NCBI GenBank assembly: GCA_019057475.1 | Contig: DXJO01000022.1 | Span: forward strand, 22,465-86,464 | DNA from: Candidatus Thorarchaeota archaeon | Lineage (GTDB): Archaea; Asgardarchaeota; Thorarchaeia; Thorarchaeales; Thorarchaeaceae | Reading direction: 5' to 3' | Length of the DNA stretch: 64,000 nucleotides | In this document: positions 47,508 through 57,964 of the stretch, in pieces | Position numbering within the stretch: the first letter of the stretch is position 1 | How the letters are laid out: every line of letters begins with the position of its first letter | Translations under genes and position numbers: made by a program | Notes under the pieces: generated by a model | The model's input: only the letters and a program-made list of their open reading frames with translations | Told to the model about the DNA's origin: nothing | The model's database searches: none

Positions 47508-49181
47508 CTAAGTCTGGGTGAACTCTACATCTGGACCCACATGAACGTACTTCATTCTGGTCAGCATCTCTGTAAAGTACTTGCCGCCAATGATACCTGA
47601 ATCCTTGTAGCCACCTAGGTGCGGCATAGGAGGATCGTAGTATAGAGGGTCTTGTCCAACGATAATTCCTGCGGCCTCTATCTCCCTTGCCCACTGCCTT
47701 CTTGTCTTTGCGTCGTCCGTGAAGATGGGAGAGCGAAGTCCGTATCTTGATCCATTCGCGATGCCTATCGCTTCATCAACACTGCTTACACTTACCACTG
47801 GCAAGGCAGGTGCGAAAACCTCCTCCTGCATGACACGCATTTCCACTGTGACATCTGTGAGCACAGTTGGTTTATAGAAAAGTCCTGCAGGATCGGGCTC
47901 GTCGAGGTAATCGCACCGATATCCGCCAGTCTGGATTTTGGCACCCTTTGCCACTGCATCCTCGAGTTGATCCATAAGCAGGTATAAGGCTGTTAAGCCA
48001 ACTGGCGGCAAAGAAACCTTCGGATCTGAGGGGAGTCCGACAAGCAGCTTCTCGGCTTCTTCGATAATTAATCGTACAAGCTCATCGTGAAGCGTATCTT
48101 GAACAAGTAGCCGCTTAACTGCCATGCAAGCCTGCCCGCTGCCAAGGTATCGAGCATGCGTGATCATCTTGGCTGCAGATTGAAGGTCCACATCCTGACC
48201 CCAGACAAGACAGGCGTCACTTCCTGCCAGCTCAGGGGCCATCTGAATCCGCCGCTTCATAGAATCGGCCCAAAGCTTCAGGCCTCTATCACTATCACCG
48301 TACCAGACGATTGCTCCAACCCTTGAGTCTGCCATGAAACGGTGCATTAGCTGCTTTCCACCGCCTGTCAGGACTTGCACAGCTGCTGGCGGCAGACCCA
48401 TCTCCATGACAGTTTCCATATAGATTTGCCCAAGAAGTATTGAGCTGAGCGGAACCTTGTTGGGCGGCTTGAGTATGGTTGCGTTCCCTGCAAGAATCGA
48501 TGATGTGAAGCTCCATATGCCCAAGGCAATGGGTGAGTTATATGGGGTGAAAAGACATGTCACACCGTACGGCTCACGAAAGCGGTAATTCGTCCCGCCA
48601 TCACGACCGGGAGTTTCGATGACATCAAGTAGTTGACCCCATAAATCGACCGATTGGCGGTACGCTTTCAGATCGAAGAGATCCCAGGTCCACTTCAAAG
48701 TTCTAATTGGCGTTCCCTCTTTGACTGATATCTCAGCGACATCCTTGTATCTGCCCTTCAACGCCACTCCGGCCTTGTAGACAGCCTCTGTGCGCTCTTC
48801 AAGTGTGAGACACATTCCGGGCTCTTTGAAGGGATTAAACAGTGCTTTGTGGTCTCGGACCCCCGCATCCAAGGCACGATTAATGTTGGATTCACGCGCA
48901 AGAGAAACCTTCGCGTAGGCTACTTCGTCAAGTTCATCTTTGGTATGCTTGGGTACACCATGATGTTTGCGGTAGTCCCTTAGATACCTCATCTCAGGTG
49001 AACCCTTCGGAATCAAACCAGGCAGTCTTGAGAATACAAAGCGATTGAACACCGATGCGCCCCGCATCTGGAGAGCGATGCCCAGCCCAGGATCTTCTAT
49101 CACCTTTTCCATGTCCGGAAATATAGTGTACTGACCAGTGTCTACTTCCTCACCGTCTACTAAGATTGGATAAACTTTCAT
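47508..49181 (-). CDS. NAD(P)-dependent aldehyde dehydrogenase
   Basis: PYNSP, LKP, ELAG, GQAC and EEVFAP motifs; start MKVYP. Confidence 0.92.
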   Translation of the reverse strand: MKVYPILVDGEEVDTGQYTIFPDMEKVIEDPGLGIALQMRGASVFNRFVFSRLPGLIPKGSPEMRYLRDYRKHHGVPKHTKDELDEVAYAKVSLARESNINRALDAGVRDHKALFNPFKEPGMCLTLEERTEAVYKAGVALKGRYKDVAEISVKEGTPIRTLKWTWDLFDLKAYRQSVDLWGQLLDVIETPGRDGGTNYRFREPYGVTCLFTPYNSPIALGIWSFTSSILAGNATILKPPNKVPLSSILLGQIYMETVMEMGLPPAAVQVLTGGGKQLMHRFMADSRVGAIVWYGDSDRGLKLWADSMKRRIQMAPELAGSDACLVWGQDVDLQSAAKMITHARYLGSGQACMAVKRLLVQDTLHDELVRLIIEEAEKLLVGLPSDPKVSLPPVGLTALYLLMDQLEDAVAKGAKIQTGGYRCDYLDEPDPAGLFYKPTVLTDVTVEMRVMQEEVFAPALPVVSVSSVDEAIGIANGSRYGLRSPIFTDDAKTRRQWAREIEAAGIIVGQDPLYYDPPMPHLGGYKDSGIIGGKYFTEMLTRMKYVHVGPDVEFTQT

Positions 49182-49280
49182 ACTCAGTCCTCGGGGTAGT
49201 TGAGCAAGTCTAGGCGAACTGACGAAACTATTACTCTTTCGGAAGGAGTTCCTTGTTTTACGAGTCGGCGTCTTTGACAC

Positions 49281-49775
49281 TCATTTATCGTTCAATGGCC
49301 GCTCGTACAGCTGGACCCACATACCCTCAGCCTGCTCGTATGGTTCCCCCCAAGGCAGAAAATTGAACTTCTTCATAAGTCGCAAGCCAACCTCTTGGCC
49401 AACTAGAATGTTGCAGTAATTCCTTTTGCAGCCGTGTTTCCGCCCATACTCAGCGAACTGAATGTACATGGCAGATGCCAGTCCTGTGACTCTGCACTTC
49501 GGGGCTACTGTCTGGTGCTCACCATAGAGGCCCCTATCGGTGATGCTGGCTTTGTAGAGACCGACTATCCTTCCTTCAAGCCTAGCGCCAAAGTAGTGAA
49601 TTCCCGAGCGCATCTCCTCGATTATCTTTTCAGGGGAGTACATGCGGCCTTGTCGCCAATCTTCCGGGTACTCCGCGGACTGGGCCCAAACCTCATGAAA
49701 GAGATGAGAGATTTCTTCGGCATCATCCTCACCGAACTCAATAATGCGAATCTCTTCAGCGGGATAATCGGACAT
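49281..49775 (-). CDS. GNAT-family acetyltransferase
   Basis: VAPKCRVTGLAS acetyl-CoA motif A and KKFNF motif B. Confidence 0.8.
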   Translation of the reverse strand: MSDYPAEEIRIIEFGEDDAEEISHLFHEVWAQSAEYPEDWRQGRMYSPEKIIEEMRSGIHYFGARLEGRIVGLYKASITDRGLYGEHQTVAPKCRVTGLASAMYIQFAEYGRKHGCKRNYCNILVGQEVGLRLMKKFNFLPWGEPYEQAEGMWVQLYERPLNDK

Positions 49776-49815
49776 GGCTTGTCTTTTCTAACAGACATTG
49801 ATTGGACTCATAAAT

Positions 49816-50937
49816 TCACCCATGGGATATAGCTTTAGCCCAGTCATATGCTTCCTGGATGGGCGTACACCCTCCGCATCGGTGGCACCCAGCAGCCGTC
49901 TTGCCTGGATCGAGTTCCCATTTGAGTAGTATCGCACCCACACGCTTGTAGAACTTCACGGATCCCTCCAAGTCCCCCAGATAGGCAGGCTCGAAATCCG
50001 CAAGCTGGCTCCCAGGGGCAGGACGCATGGGGGCTACCACTGAGAGAACGCCCATCGAACCCAGCTCATCTACCAGCTCGATTGTGGAATCAATGCTTTC
50101 TCCGATTCCGTGAAGCAGGAATGTGCTGACATTCCCTGGACCGAACAATTCGATTGCATATGCCCAGCTCTTATGATAGAGCGATAATGAGCCGTATTCA
50201 TGCTTTCCGGGGCACATCTCCTTTCTCACTGATTCGTCAGCGCTCTCAGCATGAATCCCTGCCGCGTTCGCCCCTGCCTCAAAAACAGCTTTCATGATTT
50301 CCATGTCGGTAGGGGGTTCAAACTGAACGCCAATGGGAATTTCGCTTGACTCGCGAATGCCCTCAATAATCTGAATTAATCTGCTACACCCCATATCGGG
50401 GGTATCTGGCGTTCCAGTGGTCAATAGCACATCCCTGATTGCGCCCTCGTCTTCAGCAGCCTTAACCACCTCGGCGACCTGTTCGGGGGTCTTCTCCAAG
50501 ATTGTGGCACCCGAACTGCAGGAATGGGGGATGGTACAGAACTTGCACTGTGTGCCGCTCGCCCAATATCGACACGCTTGATAGACAGTCGTTGCAAGGG
50601 TTTCTGAGCCGTGGAGTAACGCAATCTTGTGGTAGGGTATGCCGTCATCAGTATTCAGGTCGTAGAACTTTGGCCGCGGCACTATCTCAAGCTCCACACT
50701 TCCATCATAGAGCCAGATTGTTGGATCTTCAGTTGGTTCGAGCGTCGCAGAGCCGAACCGCTCCGCTTGACTGCCGCGACGAATAGGTACCCCACATGAA
50801 CGACCATTGGGAAGGAAGAAGTATCGCCCTTGCACGGGACCTGCACCTCCTTGCCGGCCGCTCCACTCCCTCTCAGAAAGAGTAGCACCTTCAGTGAGAA
50901 GGCGTATCTTAAGTTTCAGAAGTTCCTCTGCGTCCAT
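49816..50937 (-). CDS. Radical SAM protein (MSMEG_0568-like)
   Basis: GGAGP, IALLHG, CX8CX2C (CRYWASGTQCKFC), LLTTGTP and C-terminal AGCHRCGGC. Confidence 0.85.
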   Translation of the reverse strand: MDAEELLKLKIRLLTEGATLSEREWSGRQGGAGPVQGRYFFLPNGRSCGVPIRRGSQAERFGSATLEPTEDPTIWLYDGSVELEIVPRPKFYDLNTDDGIPYHKIALLHGSETLATTVYQACRYWASGTQCKFCTIPHSCSSGATILEKTPEQVAEVVKAAEDEGAIRDVLLTTGTPDTPDMGCSRLIQIIEGIRESSEIPIGVQFEPPTDMEIMKAVFEAGANAAGIHAESADESVRKEMCPGKHEYGSLSLYHKSWAYAIELFGPGNVSTFLLHGIGESIDSTIELVDELGSMGVLSVVAPMRPAPGSQLADFEPAYLGDLEGSVKFYKRVGAILLKWELDPGKTAAGCHRCGGCTPIQEAYDWAKAISHG

Positions 50938-50966
50938 AACAGTCTCGACTCTTCTCTCGTTAGTGC

Positions 50967-52091
50967 CTAATCTGTCTTCACATGAGACCGCTTTTTCGCC
51001 ATCTCGACAAGCTCAGGAAGGTCGAGAACTATCAAGCGGTCTTTTGCCTGCGACTCTAGCATGTTTTTGCAGAAAGGACACGACGTGACCAAGTACTTCG
51101 CTCCAGTTCGTTCAGCCTGCCGGACTCGTTCAGCTCCAATCTTCTTCGCATGTTCCGGAAACAGGGTTCTAAGACCGGCTCCGTTACCACAGCACATCGC
51201 ATTGTCCCGGTTGCGTTCCATCTCGACCAGGGCGCCCTTGGACACTCGTTCAATGACCTCTCGAGGCTGTTCGTATACTCCGGAGTGTCTGCCCAGGTGA
51301 CAGCCATCGTGAAATGTTAGCGGACCCTCGATCTCAAACTCTGGCAAACTTTTCAGGTGCGACTGCAGGAGCTCTGCTATGTGACGAACAGGCTTATTGA
51401 TCTCCAGACCGTGCTTCGGATAGTCCTGCGTGAGCACCCTGTAGCACCCGGGGCAAGTCACAACAATCTCTTCAGCATCCATGCCATTCAGAATCTCAAC
51501 ATTGTGGCGTGCTTGTCCAAGAGCATCCTCAACGAAGCCGGTTCTCAATAGCGGTGAACCGCAGCACCACTCGTCTTTAGGAATATCGACCTGATATCCC
51601 AAAGAAGATAGGACGGAAACCGCGTCCTCGGCGATACCATTCTCTCTGTAGGCTGCTGTGCACCCAGTGAAGTAGACAAGTGAGCGTCCATCATTCTTTG
51701 GGGTTTTGAGCCAACTGGTTCTTTTCTCATGAGGCTCCTTGTATGGATTATGATGTGTGCGGATTGAATCAACCATAGGATTGAGACCAGAGGGGAATCT
51801 GCCTTCTTCGACAAGTTGTCTTCTCCTTGTTTCGACGATATCTGCGACATCAATCTCGGGCAAGCACCATGTTAGACAATGACTGCACTCTAGGCACTGA
51901 TATAGAACCTCAATTGCTCTGTCATCCAGCGGTCGGGTCCCAGTAATCTCTTGGTGCAACAGAAGAGCACGCCCATGCGGGGTGGGTGATTCAGAGCGCC
52001 AGGCTAGAAATGTTGGGCACACATGTCTACACATTTTTGGGCAAGCGGCACACATTCGAATCTGCTGAGTGATATCCTCGTCATAGATCAT
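50967..52091 (-). CDS. Fe-S oxidoreductase (ferredoxin + 2 CCG domains; GlpC/GlcF/HdrD-like)
   Basis: CAACPKMCRHVCP, CLECSHCLTWC, CCG x2 and HDGCH motifs. Confidence 0.9.
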   Translation of the reverse strand: MIYDEDITQQIRMCAACPKMCRHVCPTFLAWRSESPTPHGRALLLHQEITGTRPLDDRAIEVLYQCLECSHCLTWCLPEIDVADIVETRRRQLVEEGRFPSGLNPMVDSIRTHHNPYKEPHEKRTSWLKTPKNDGRSLVYFTGCTAAYRENGIAEDAVSVLSSLGYQVDIPKDEWCCGSPLLRTGFVEDALGQARHNVEILNGMDAEEIVVTCPGCYRVLTQDYPKHGLEINKPVRHIAELLQSHLKSLPEFEIEGPLTFHDGCHLGRHSGVYEQPREVIERVSKGALVEMERNRDNAMCCGNGAGLRTLFPEHAKKIGAERVRQAERTGAKYLVTSCPFCKNMLESQAKDRLIVLDLPELVEMAKKRSHVKTD

Positions 52092-53527
52092 TCCTGCACC
52101 CCCAGACCAAGCTTGCCAGGATTCATAATCTCATTTGGATCTAGGACATCCTTGATTTTCTTCAGCACTTGGAAACTTGACCCTAGTTCATCTTCGGTGT
52201 ACGTTGACCGTGAGAGGCCGACACCGTGCTGGTGACTCATGGTTCCCCCTTCTCGCAGACAGGCAGCAACGCCATCGTCCCAGATCTTCTTGTAGGTGGC
52301 CCACGCGGTTTCAGCGTCGGGTTGTGAGGTGAAGAAGATCATGTAGATGCTCCCGCCATTTTGATACATGTGGGAGAAGTGTGACATAACGAATGCCTCA
52401 TGCGCCTCCATTGCAGTCTTCATGGCATGATACACATTCTCAAGCTTGTCGTAGGTTGCAACTATGTCTATGGTGTCACCAATTGAGAATCCTGCTGTAG
52501 TGAACTTTGTGGGGTAGTACATGTCGTATCTGTGCTCCCACCAGCGTTTGGATGGGCCATCACCGAAGTCCTTTCCACCGTTCTCCTTGCAAATCTCAAC
52601 CGAGACCCGCTCTTCATGGTCCACTTTTTCAGGAGCGCCATCAAAAGCTAGAAGCAACATGGAGTCGCCTTCTTCGACATCAAAGTGCTGACTCATTGAC
52701 ATCGCAGTGTCCTCAGGATCATAGAAGCGAACCACCGAAGGCGTAATGCCGGCACGAAAGATGAGCCTAATCGCCTCTAGACCGCTGTGAACATCAGCAA
52801 ATGCCATACTCCTGAATCTGCGCTCTTCAGGAATTGGAAACAATCGCAGCGTTGCTTCCGTGATTACACCTAGCGTTCCTTCAGATCCAATGAAGAGCTC
52901 CCGCAAGTCGGGACCCACTGAGTGGCGTGGAACCGCTTTCGTACGAACGATTGACCCATCCGCAAGAACGACCTCAAGCCCCAATGTTAGGTCCTCAATC
53001 TTACCGTACAAAGACGACATGGAACCGCCCGACCGTGTTGCCAAGAAGCCACCAACATTCGAGGCTCTCATTGACGTTGGCGTATGCCCGAGTGTGTATC
53101 CGTGACGATTGACCTCTTCCTCCAGGTCAATTCCGACCATGCCTGCCTCAACACTGACCAGCATTGACTTGTGATCGATGTTGATGACCTTGTCCATGCG
53201 TTTGAGATCGAGTTGTATGCCCCCGTAGATAGGAAGAGTTCCACCACAGGTACCAGCGCCACCACCGACTGGAGTGACTGGTACCTTATTCTTGTTGGCA
53301 ACTTTGAGTACTTCAGATACCTCTTCAGTGGAGCCTGGGAAGACTACTATGTCAGCTAAGGGCAACATCTCTCCAGCTCTGATCTTTGCCTCGCTAAGAG
53401 GCCAAGCATCATGGGCATTGAGTACAATGTCGGTTTCTTGGGTCGTTATGTGTTCGACACCAACAATACCTTTCAGTTGCTTCGCTATTTTGGTTTTGGT
53501 CTTAGAGTCAAGCAATCTCTCGTTCAC
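52088..53527 (-). CDS. FAD-linked oxidase, alkyl-DHAP-synthase-like (VAO/GlcD superfamily)
   Basis: GHTPTS, GGFLATRSGG, YGKIED, GPDL, GSEGTLGVIT, SHFSHMY and SHQHGVG motifs. Confidence 0.88.
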   Translation of the reverse strand: MNERLLDSKTKTKIAKQLKGIVGVEHITTQETDIVLNAHDAWPLSEAKIRAGEMLPLADIVVFPGSTEEVSEVLKVANKNKVPVTPVGGGAGTCGGTLPIYGGIQLDLKRMDKVINIDHKSMLVSVEAGMVGIDLEEEVNRHGYTLGHTPTSMRASNVGGFLATRSGGSMSSLYGKIEDLTLGLEVVLADGSIVRTKAVPRHSVGPDLRELFIGSEGTLGVITEATLRLFPIPEERRFRSMAFADVHSGLEAIRLIFRAGITPSVVRFYDPEDTAMSMSQHFDVEEGDSMLLLAFDGAPEKVDHEERVSVEICKENGGKDFGDGPSKRWWEHRYDMYYPTKFTTAGFSIGDTIDIVATYDKLENVYHAMKTAMEAHEAFVMSHFSHMYQNGGSIYMIFFTSQPDAETAWATYKKIWDDGVAACLREGGTMSHQHGVGLSRSTYTEDELGSSFQVLKKIKDVLDPNEIMNPGKLGLGVQE

Positions 53528-54759
53528 CCCTTTTGCGGAAGTCTTTGAGCTATGAAGACAGTCATGTCATCCACTTCAACAGAGCTGCCCTGGCGAAACA
53601 GGCTATCCTCAAGCTGTGCAGTGCATAGTGGACAGGGAGTGACAACTCTTGATGCGCCTGTTTCCTCAATCGCTGCAAGGTTCTCCTTCATAACGGCTCT
53701 GGCAACATCGCCAGCGTGGTAAGAAACGAGCCCACCTCCACCACAACACGAATCGTGAGCAAATGAGTGAGTCACTTCAACATCGGGAATCAAGCTTAGA
53801 ATCTGACCCGCATAATCCATTGTTATACGAGAAGTGTGTTTGATAAGATGGCAAGGGTCATGCAGAGTTACTCTCAGCGGTTCTTCTTCGGTGCTTTGCT
53901 TGAAAGCCGACGATAGCTTGGCTATGCCAATTTCCTCGACCAGAAACTCAAGCATGTGATAGACAGGAATGCCCCACGCATCACGCTCGGCGATGCGTGC
54001 TAAGTTGGAGGTGCATCCAGCACACGTAGTGACCAACATCTTGACTCCCAAGTCCTTGACTTTCTTTTTCAATCTCAAGGCAAGTTCGAGGGCAGTTTTG
54101 TCATCGCCAAGAAGAGTGGCTGGCAGACCGCAGCAGTTCATCTCCTCTAGGAGGGTGAACTTGGCTTTGAAGTGGTCGAGAATGATCTTGGCGGACTCCT
54201 TCACTTCCTGCGCGCGCTCCTCAGCTTGACAACCGGGGTAGAAAAGCACATCTGCGCCCTTGACCACTTGGTCGGGGACATATCGCAAGCCTAAGCGTTC
54301 CAGTCTCATGTTTCTGCTTTCCACCTTCTCTTCGGGATCCTCCCAAGGTACAAACGCAAGACCATGTTCAACGATGATGGCATCAGCAGCGTGGAGCTGT
54401 TTGGGCACAAGGTCGGGCCGGTGCTTGAAGATGCGCGCACGGATGAGGTTGACTATCTCGGGGATATCTACATCCTTCGGACAGACTTCCCGGCAGGTTC
54501 CACATCCCGTGCACAGATACACAACGTCTGCCGTGGTCCAATACTCAGGAGGAGAACGACTCAGTTCCACAGCGATGCTTCGGGGGCCACTGAAACTGTC
54601 AAGGCCAACAGCTGCGACAACGGGGCAGTGTTGAATACAGAGACCACAGTTGATACAGCTCTCAACTGATTTAACAACCTGCATCTCATCTTCGGTGTAC
54701 GGATAGATAGCCTCTTCCTTGAGAGTCGCTAGAACAGTTCGATATTCTTCTTCGCTCAA
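53524..54759 (-). CDS. glpC: Anaerobic glycerol-3-phosphate dehydrogenase subunit C-like Fe-S protein
   Basis: CINCGLCIQHCP, CTGCGTCREVCP and CCG domains; directly follows glpB. Confidence 0.8.
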   Translation of the reverse strand: MSEEEYRTVLATLKEEAIYPYTEDEMQVVKSVESCINCGLCIQHCPVVAAVGLDSFSGPRSIAVELSRSPPEYWTTADVVYLCTGCGTCREVCPKDVDIPEIVNLIRARIFKHRPDLVPKQLHAADAIIVEHGLAFVPWEDPEEKVESRNMRLERLGLRYVPDQVVKGADVLFYPGCQAEERAQEVKESAKIILDHFKAKFTLLEEMNCCGLPATLLGDDKTALELALRLKKKVKDLGVKMLVTTCAGCTSNLARIAERDAWGIPVYHMLEFLVEEIGIAKLSSAFKQSTEEEPLRVTLHDPCHLIKHTSRITMDYAGQILSLIPDVEVTHSFAHDSCCGGGGLVSYHAGDVARAVMKENLAAIEETGASRVVTPCPLCTAQLEDSLFRQGSSVEVDDMTVFIAQRLPQKG

Positions 54760-56129
54760 GCTGACACCCCCTTTACATAATCGACTGCATTACGACTCGC
54801 CATGTACCCAGTGACAATGGCCACACCAAGTCCACTCTTCTCAGCCGGGTAGTTGTAGCCAGCAAGAACCGAACCAGCTGCGTAGAGATTCTCGGCGGCA
54901 TGGACCTCCTCTCCTGTTATTGGGCGGAATTGCGGGTCAACACTGAGCCCTGAACCAAAGAGAGGATGGCCTTTGTGACTGAGTGCAATTGTGTTGGTCA
55001 GTTTCTGAGGCGTTGTACTTGTGGCATTGCGGAAGCTCTCGCTCACGGTCATCAGGTCGAAGACGGACTCCCGAATACCATTCTCAGTGCCGGTTATCCC
55101 CCCACCGATGAATTTCCCGGTTGCTAGGACTACGGCCTTCGTGGATATCTTGAAATTCCTTCTGGGACCGACTGCTGTGACTTTTTTCACAATGTTTGAT
55201 TTTAGCGATTCCATTTTAGCATGATGGCCCACAAGGAGAGTGCCCCCGCCGTTCACAAAGGCGGTTTCAAGTCCTCTCTGAAGTCTAAGGCCAGGTACGG
55301 ATGGCGGAAAGGATAGAAGCTCGAAGACATGAGCCCCCGTGAGATCCTGGAGAGCAAGCTGGTTCTCTCGCGCTCGATTGAATCCCAACACCGGAGGCAG
55401 AGCTATGTGTGTTGCACCAATTCGCTCTACTTGCTTTTTCAGCTTTTTCGCTAGGACTGAGAGATTGTCCTCGTTGTCAAGATATCGAGCAATTTCTATG
55501 GAAGATATGTTGTAGTTGTTGCCAAAGGGTGCCAAATCCAAGACATGGTGTCCCGCCTTACGTGGCAGAAGTCTGTTTGATATTTGGTGTTCCAAGAAGA
55601 CCTGGGCGGCCATTCGGGGATTGAAGACAGGGAGACCCCTCACGCCTGCGAAGAGAGCCACGCCGTCCGCGTCCAGCATTAGAGAGCCCGGCCACATTGT
55701 TTCTTGAATCATGCAGGTTGGCTTCACTGTACCGAGAACCGTTACAGCATCAAGGTTTGAGTCTATGTCTCCAAAGAGAGGAATGTTGGAGCCTAACAGA
55801 GTTGCTTTGAGCCATGATACAGCCATACGTACTTTTTCGACTATGGTCTTCGAAACTGTGTCTGGCTCTGCATCTGTGAACCCGAGCAATCCATACGGGT
55901 GAAGAGGATACATACTGGCGATTCCTTGGAGACCCTCGACGGGTGAGCCCAGTGGCATTGTGCCTCCTGGCAAATATCCGATGACGTCGATGGCACCTGA
56001 GGAGTACGCAGTTGCGCTCTGTCCCTTGCGAAGCAGGACAGTCTTCATACCTTCTTCGGTGGCTCTGATTCCTGCAACAAGCCCTGCCATGCCGCCCCCA
56101 ATCACCACGATGTCTACCTCGAGGTCCAT
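54756..56129 (-). CDS. glpB: Anaerobic glycerol-3-phosphate dehydrogenase subunit B
   Basis: GGGMAG, SSGAID, PPSVPGLRL, LATGKFIGGG, NLYAAGSVLAG and GLGVAIVTG motifs. Confidence 0.93.
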   Translation of the reverse strand: MDLEVDIVVIGGGMAGLVAGIRATEEGMKTVLLRKGQSATAYSSGAIDVIGYLPGGTMPLGSPVEGLQGIASMYPLHPYGLLGFTDAEPDTVSKTIVEKVRMAVSWLKATLLGSNIPLFGDIDSNLDAVTVLGTVKPTCMIQETMWPGSLMLDADGVALFAGVRGLPVFNPRMAAQVFLEHQISNRLLPRKAGHHVLDLAPFGNNYNISSIEIARYLDNEDNLSVLAKKLKKQVERIGATHIALPPVLGFNRARENQLALQDLTGAHVFELLSFPPSVPGLRLQRGLETAFVNGGGTLLVGHHAKMESLKSNIVKKVTAVGPRRNFKISTKAVVLATGKFIGGGITGTENGIRESVFDLMTVSESFRNATSTTPQKLTNTIALSHKGHPLFGSGLSVDPQFRPITGEEVHAAENLYAAGSVLAGYNYPAEKSGLGVAIVTGYMASRNAVDYVKGVSA

Positions 56130-57788
56130 CTACAGCACCTCCTCCCAAGGCTTGAGGTCGTAGTCCAGCCTTTCCAGCGCTTGATCGAGATTTCCAACGC
56201 AAGCATAGATACCCTGTGCCAATTCCTCTTGTGCGATTTGTTCGCCTCGGATGGATTGCCGTTTTCCTTTCCACCTCTCAGCCAAGAAGTCTACTATCTC
56301 AAGCTGGAAGTCCGCCCCGCTTAGTTCCAGTTCTTCCGCCAAGATGGTGGCAGCTTTGAATGTACAGAATGTACCTTGACACGGACCAGTCCCGAGTCGT
56401 ATGCGCCGCCTTAAGTCGTTCAGCGTTTGGGGGAAGGTTGCTCGTATCGCATAGCGGAGCTCAGCCTCAATTACTGGCTCACATGTACAGATTGTAGTTT
56501 TCCATTCGGGATGGTCGCGAGTCAATTCTAGAATCATTACGATTTCGGTGCCTCTCCGTGCTCTCATCCTCTCCACTGTGTGTTGTGAAACACCGTACTC
56601 CTTGGCCAGTGCCAGAATATCAACGTCGTCACTGTTGCCAGGAAGAGGCTCGATATGCGTCCTGCACTCAGCTTCGATTCCAAAATTCTTGCAGACCAAG
56701 TCCGTGGCCGCTTCGGCCATGTGTCTGCACATCACAAGCTTGCCACCGGCGAAGCTAATGAGTCCCGAAACACCTTCCGGCTCGTGGTCAATGACCTCGT
56801 AACCCCTTGTCACGTCACCTTCCGGTATCTTCCAGGTTGGAATAAGAGGTCTAACACCCTCCATTGTGCGAATGATCCGGGCATCCCTGATTGACGGTAC
56901 TACCCACTCCATACTCTTGAGTAGGTATTCAATCTCATCCTGTGAAGCAACGAGTGTGTCAGGATCCTCCCAGGTGTCCAGTGCAGTTGTCCCGAGCAAT
57001 ACAGTATTCTCGTGAGGAAACAGATAGATCATGCGGCCCTCAATGGCCTTTGCGATCACTCCGACATTGACGACCCTTCGATCCAGAATCACGTGTGCAC
57101 CCTTGTTGAGTCGCAACTCGAGTTTCGCTCCTGCGAGAGCTGCAATCTTGTGTGCCCAAGGACCTGCAGCGTTGACTATGGCTCTAGTTTTGGCAGACTC
57201 CATCTTGTCTGTAATTCTATTGAAGTACTGAACACCGGTGATAGAGCCTTTCTTCGTGAGGATGTCCGTGACTTCACAATATGTTTTGATGTCTGCACCG
57301 TGCTGTTTTGCATCGAGTGCTTGGAGCATGCATAGAGCAAAGGGACTGATGAAGTACTCCTCGAAGTAGATTGATGCTATCAGGTCAGGGTTCAACGTCG
57401 GTTCAATCTTTAGCGAATCCTCAGGAGTCAAGAACAGAACAGGAGGCACATCCCGCGTCTCAGCGCGCTTGGAGTATTCCTCAGCGAAGTTCCCCCCACT
57501 AGAGATATCACTCATCTCAAGAAGAGGAGTGATTATCGGGTTCTTTTCCATAACATGTCTGGCAATCCGCTTGAAGTTTACGACTTCATCAGAGCACATG
57601 TCTACAATGTTGGGTTCATCCATGTATTTGAGACCGGAGGAAATCATTCCCGCGCATGCGCCCGTAGTAGCAGAGGCAATGTCATCGCGCTCAAGAAGCA
57701 ATATCTTGAGTCCTCTCATCGCACAGTCTCGTGCAACTGCAGTGCCGGTGCTACCGCCGCCTATTACAACCACGTCGTATTTTGCCAT
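56130..57788 (-). CDS. glpA: Anaerobic glycerol-3-phosphate dehydrogenase subunit A
   Basis: GGGSTG, ARDCAMRG, NAAGPWA, GVRPL, GGKL, CTCE and GPCQGTFC motifs; start MAKYD. Confidence 0.93.
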   Translation of the reverse strand: MAKYDVVVIGGGSTGTAVARDCAMRGLKILLLERDDIASATTGACAGMISSGLKYMDEPNIVDMCSDEVVNFKRIARHVMEKNPIITPLLEMSDISSGGNFAEEYSKRAETRDVPPVLFLTPEDSLKIEPTLNPDLIASIYFEEYFISPFALCMLQALDAKQHGADIKTYCEVTDILTKKGSITGVQYFNRITDKMESAKTRAIVNAAGPWAHKIAALAGAKLELRLNKGAHVILDRRVVNVGVIAKAIEGRMIYLFPHENTVLLGTTALDTWEDPDTLVASQDEIEYLLKSMEWVVPSIRDARIIRTMEGVRPLIPTWKIPEGDVTRGYEVIDHEPEGVSGLISFAGGKLVMCRHMAEAATDLVCKNFGIEAECRTHIEPLPGNSDDVDILALAKEYGVSQHTVERMRARRGTEIVMILELTRDHPEWKTTICTCEPVIEAELRYAIRATFPQTLNDLRRRIRLGTGPCQGTFCTFKAATILAEELELSGADFQLEIVDFLAERWKGKRQSIRGEQIAQEELAQGIYACVGNLDQALERLDYDLKPWEEVL

Positions 57789-57964
57789 CGGATCCACGTA
57801 CTCCTGATGTGCTGCTCTTTGCACTAGTCGGTGTCCAATCTTCTACGTATCGACACAAATGGGATGCCAGCGTAGGATACAAGCGTTTCGGATGAACAAC
57901 GACGTCATCCATGCTAGCTTACGTTAAAAGGTTCAAGCCAGACGAAAAAGATAGTGAATAGGAG

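Noticed and set aside
50967-54759. Selenocysteine (in-frame TGA) in the Fe-S/HdrD-like proteins
   Set aside because: The ORFs are full length with Cys at all motif positions; no TGA-interrupted frame or SECIS was recognised.
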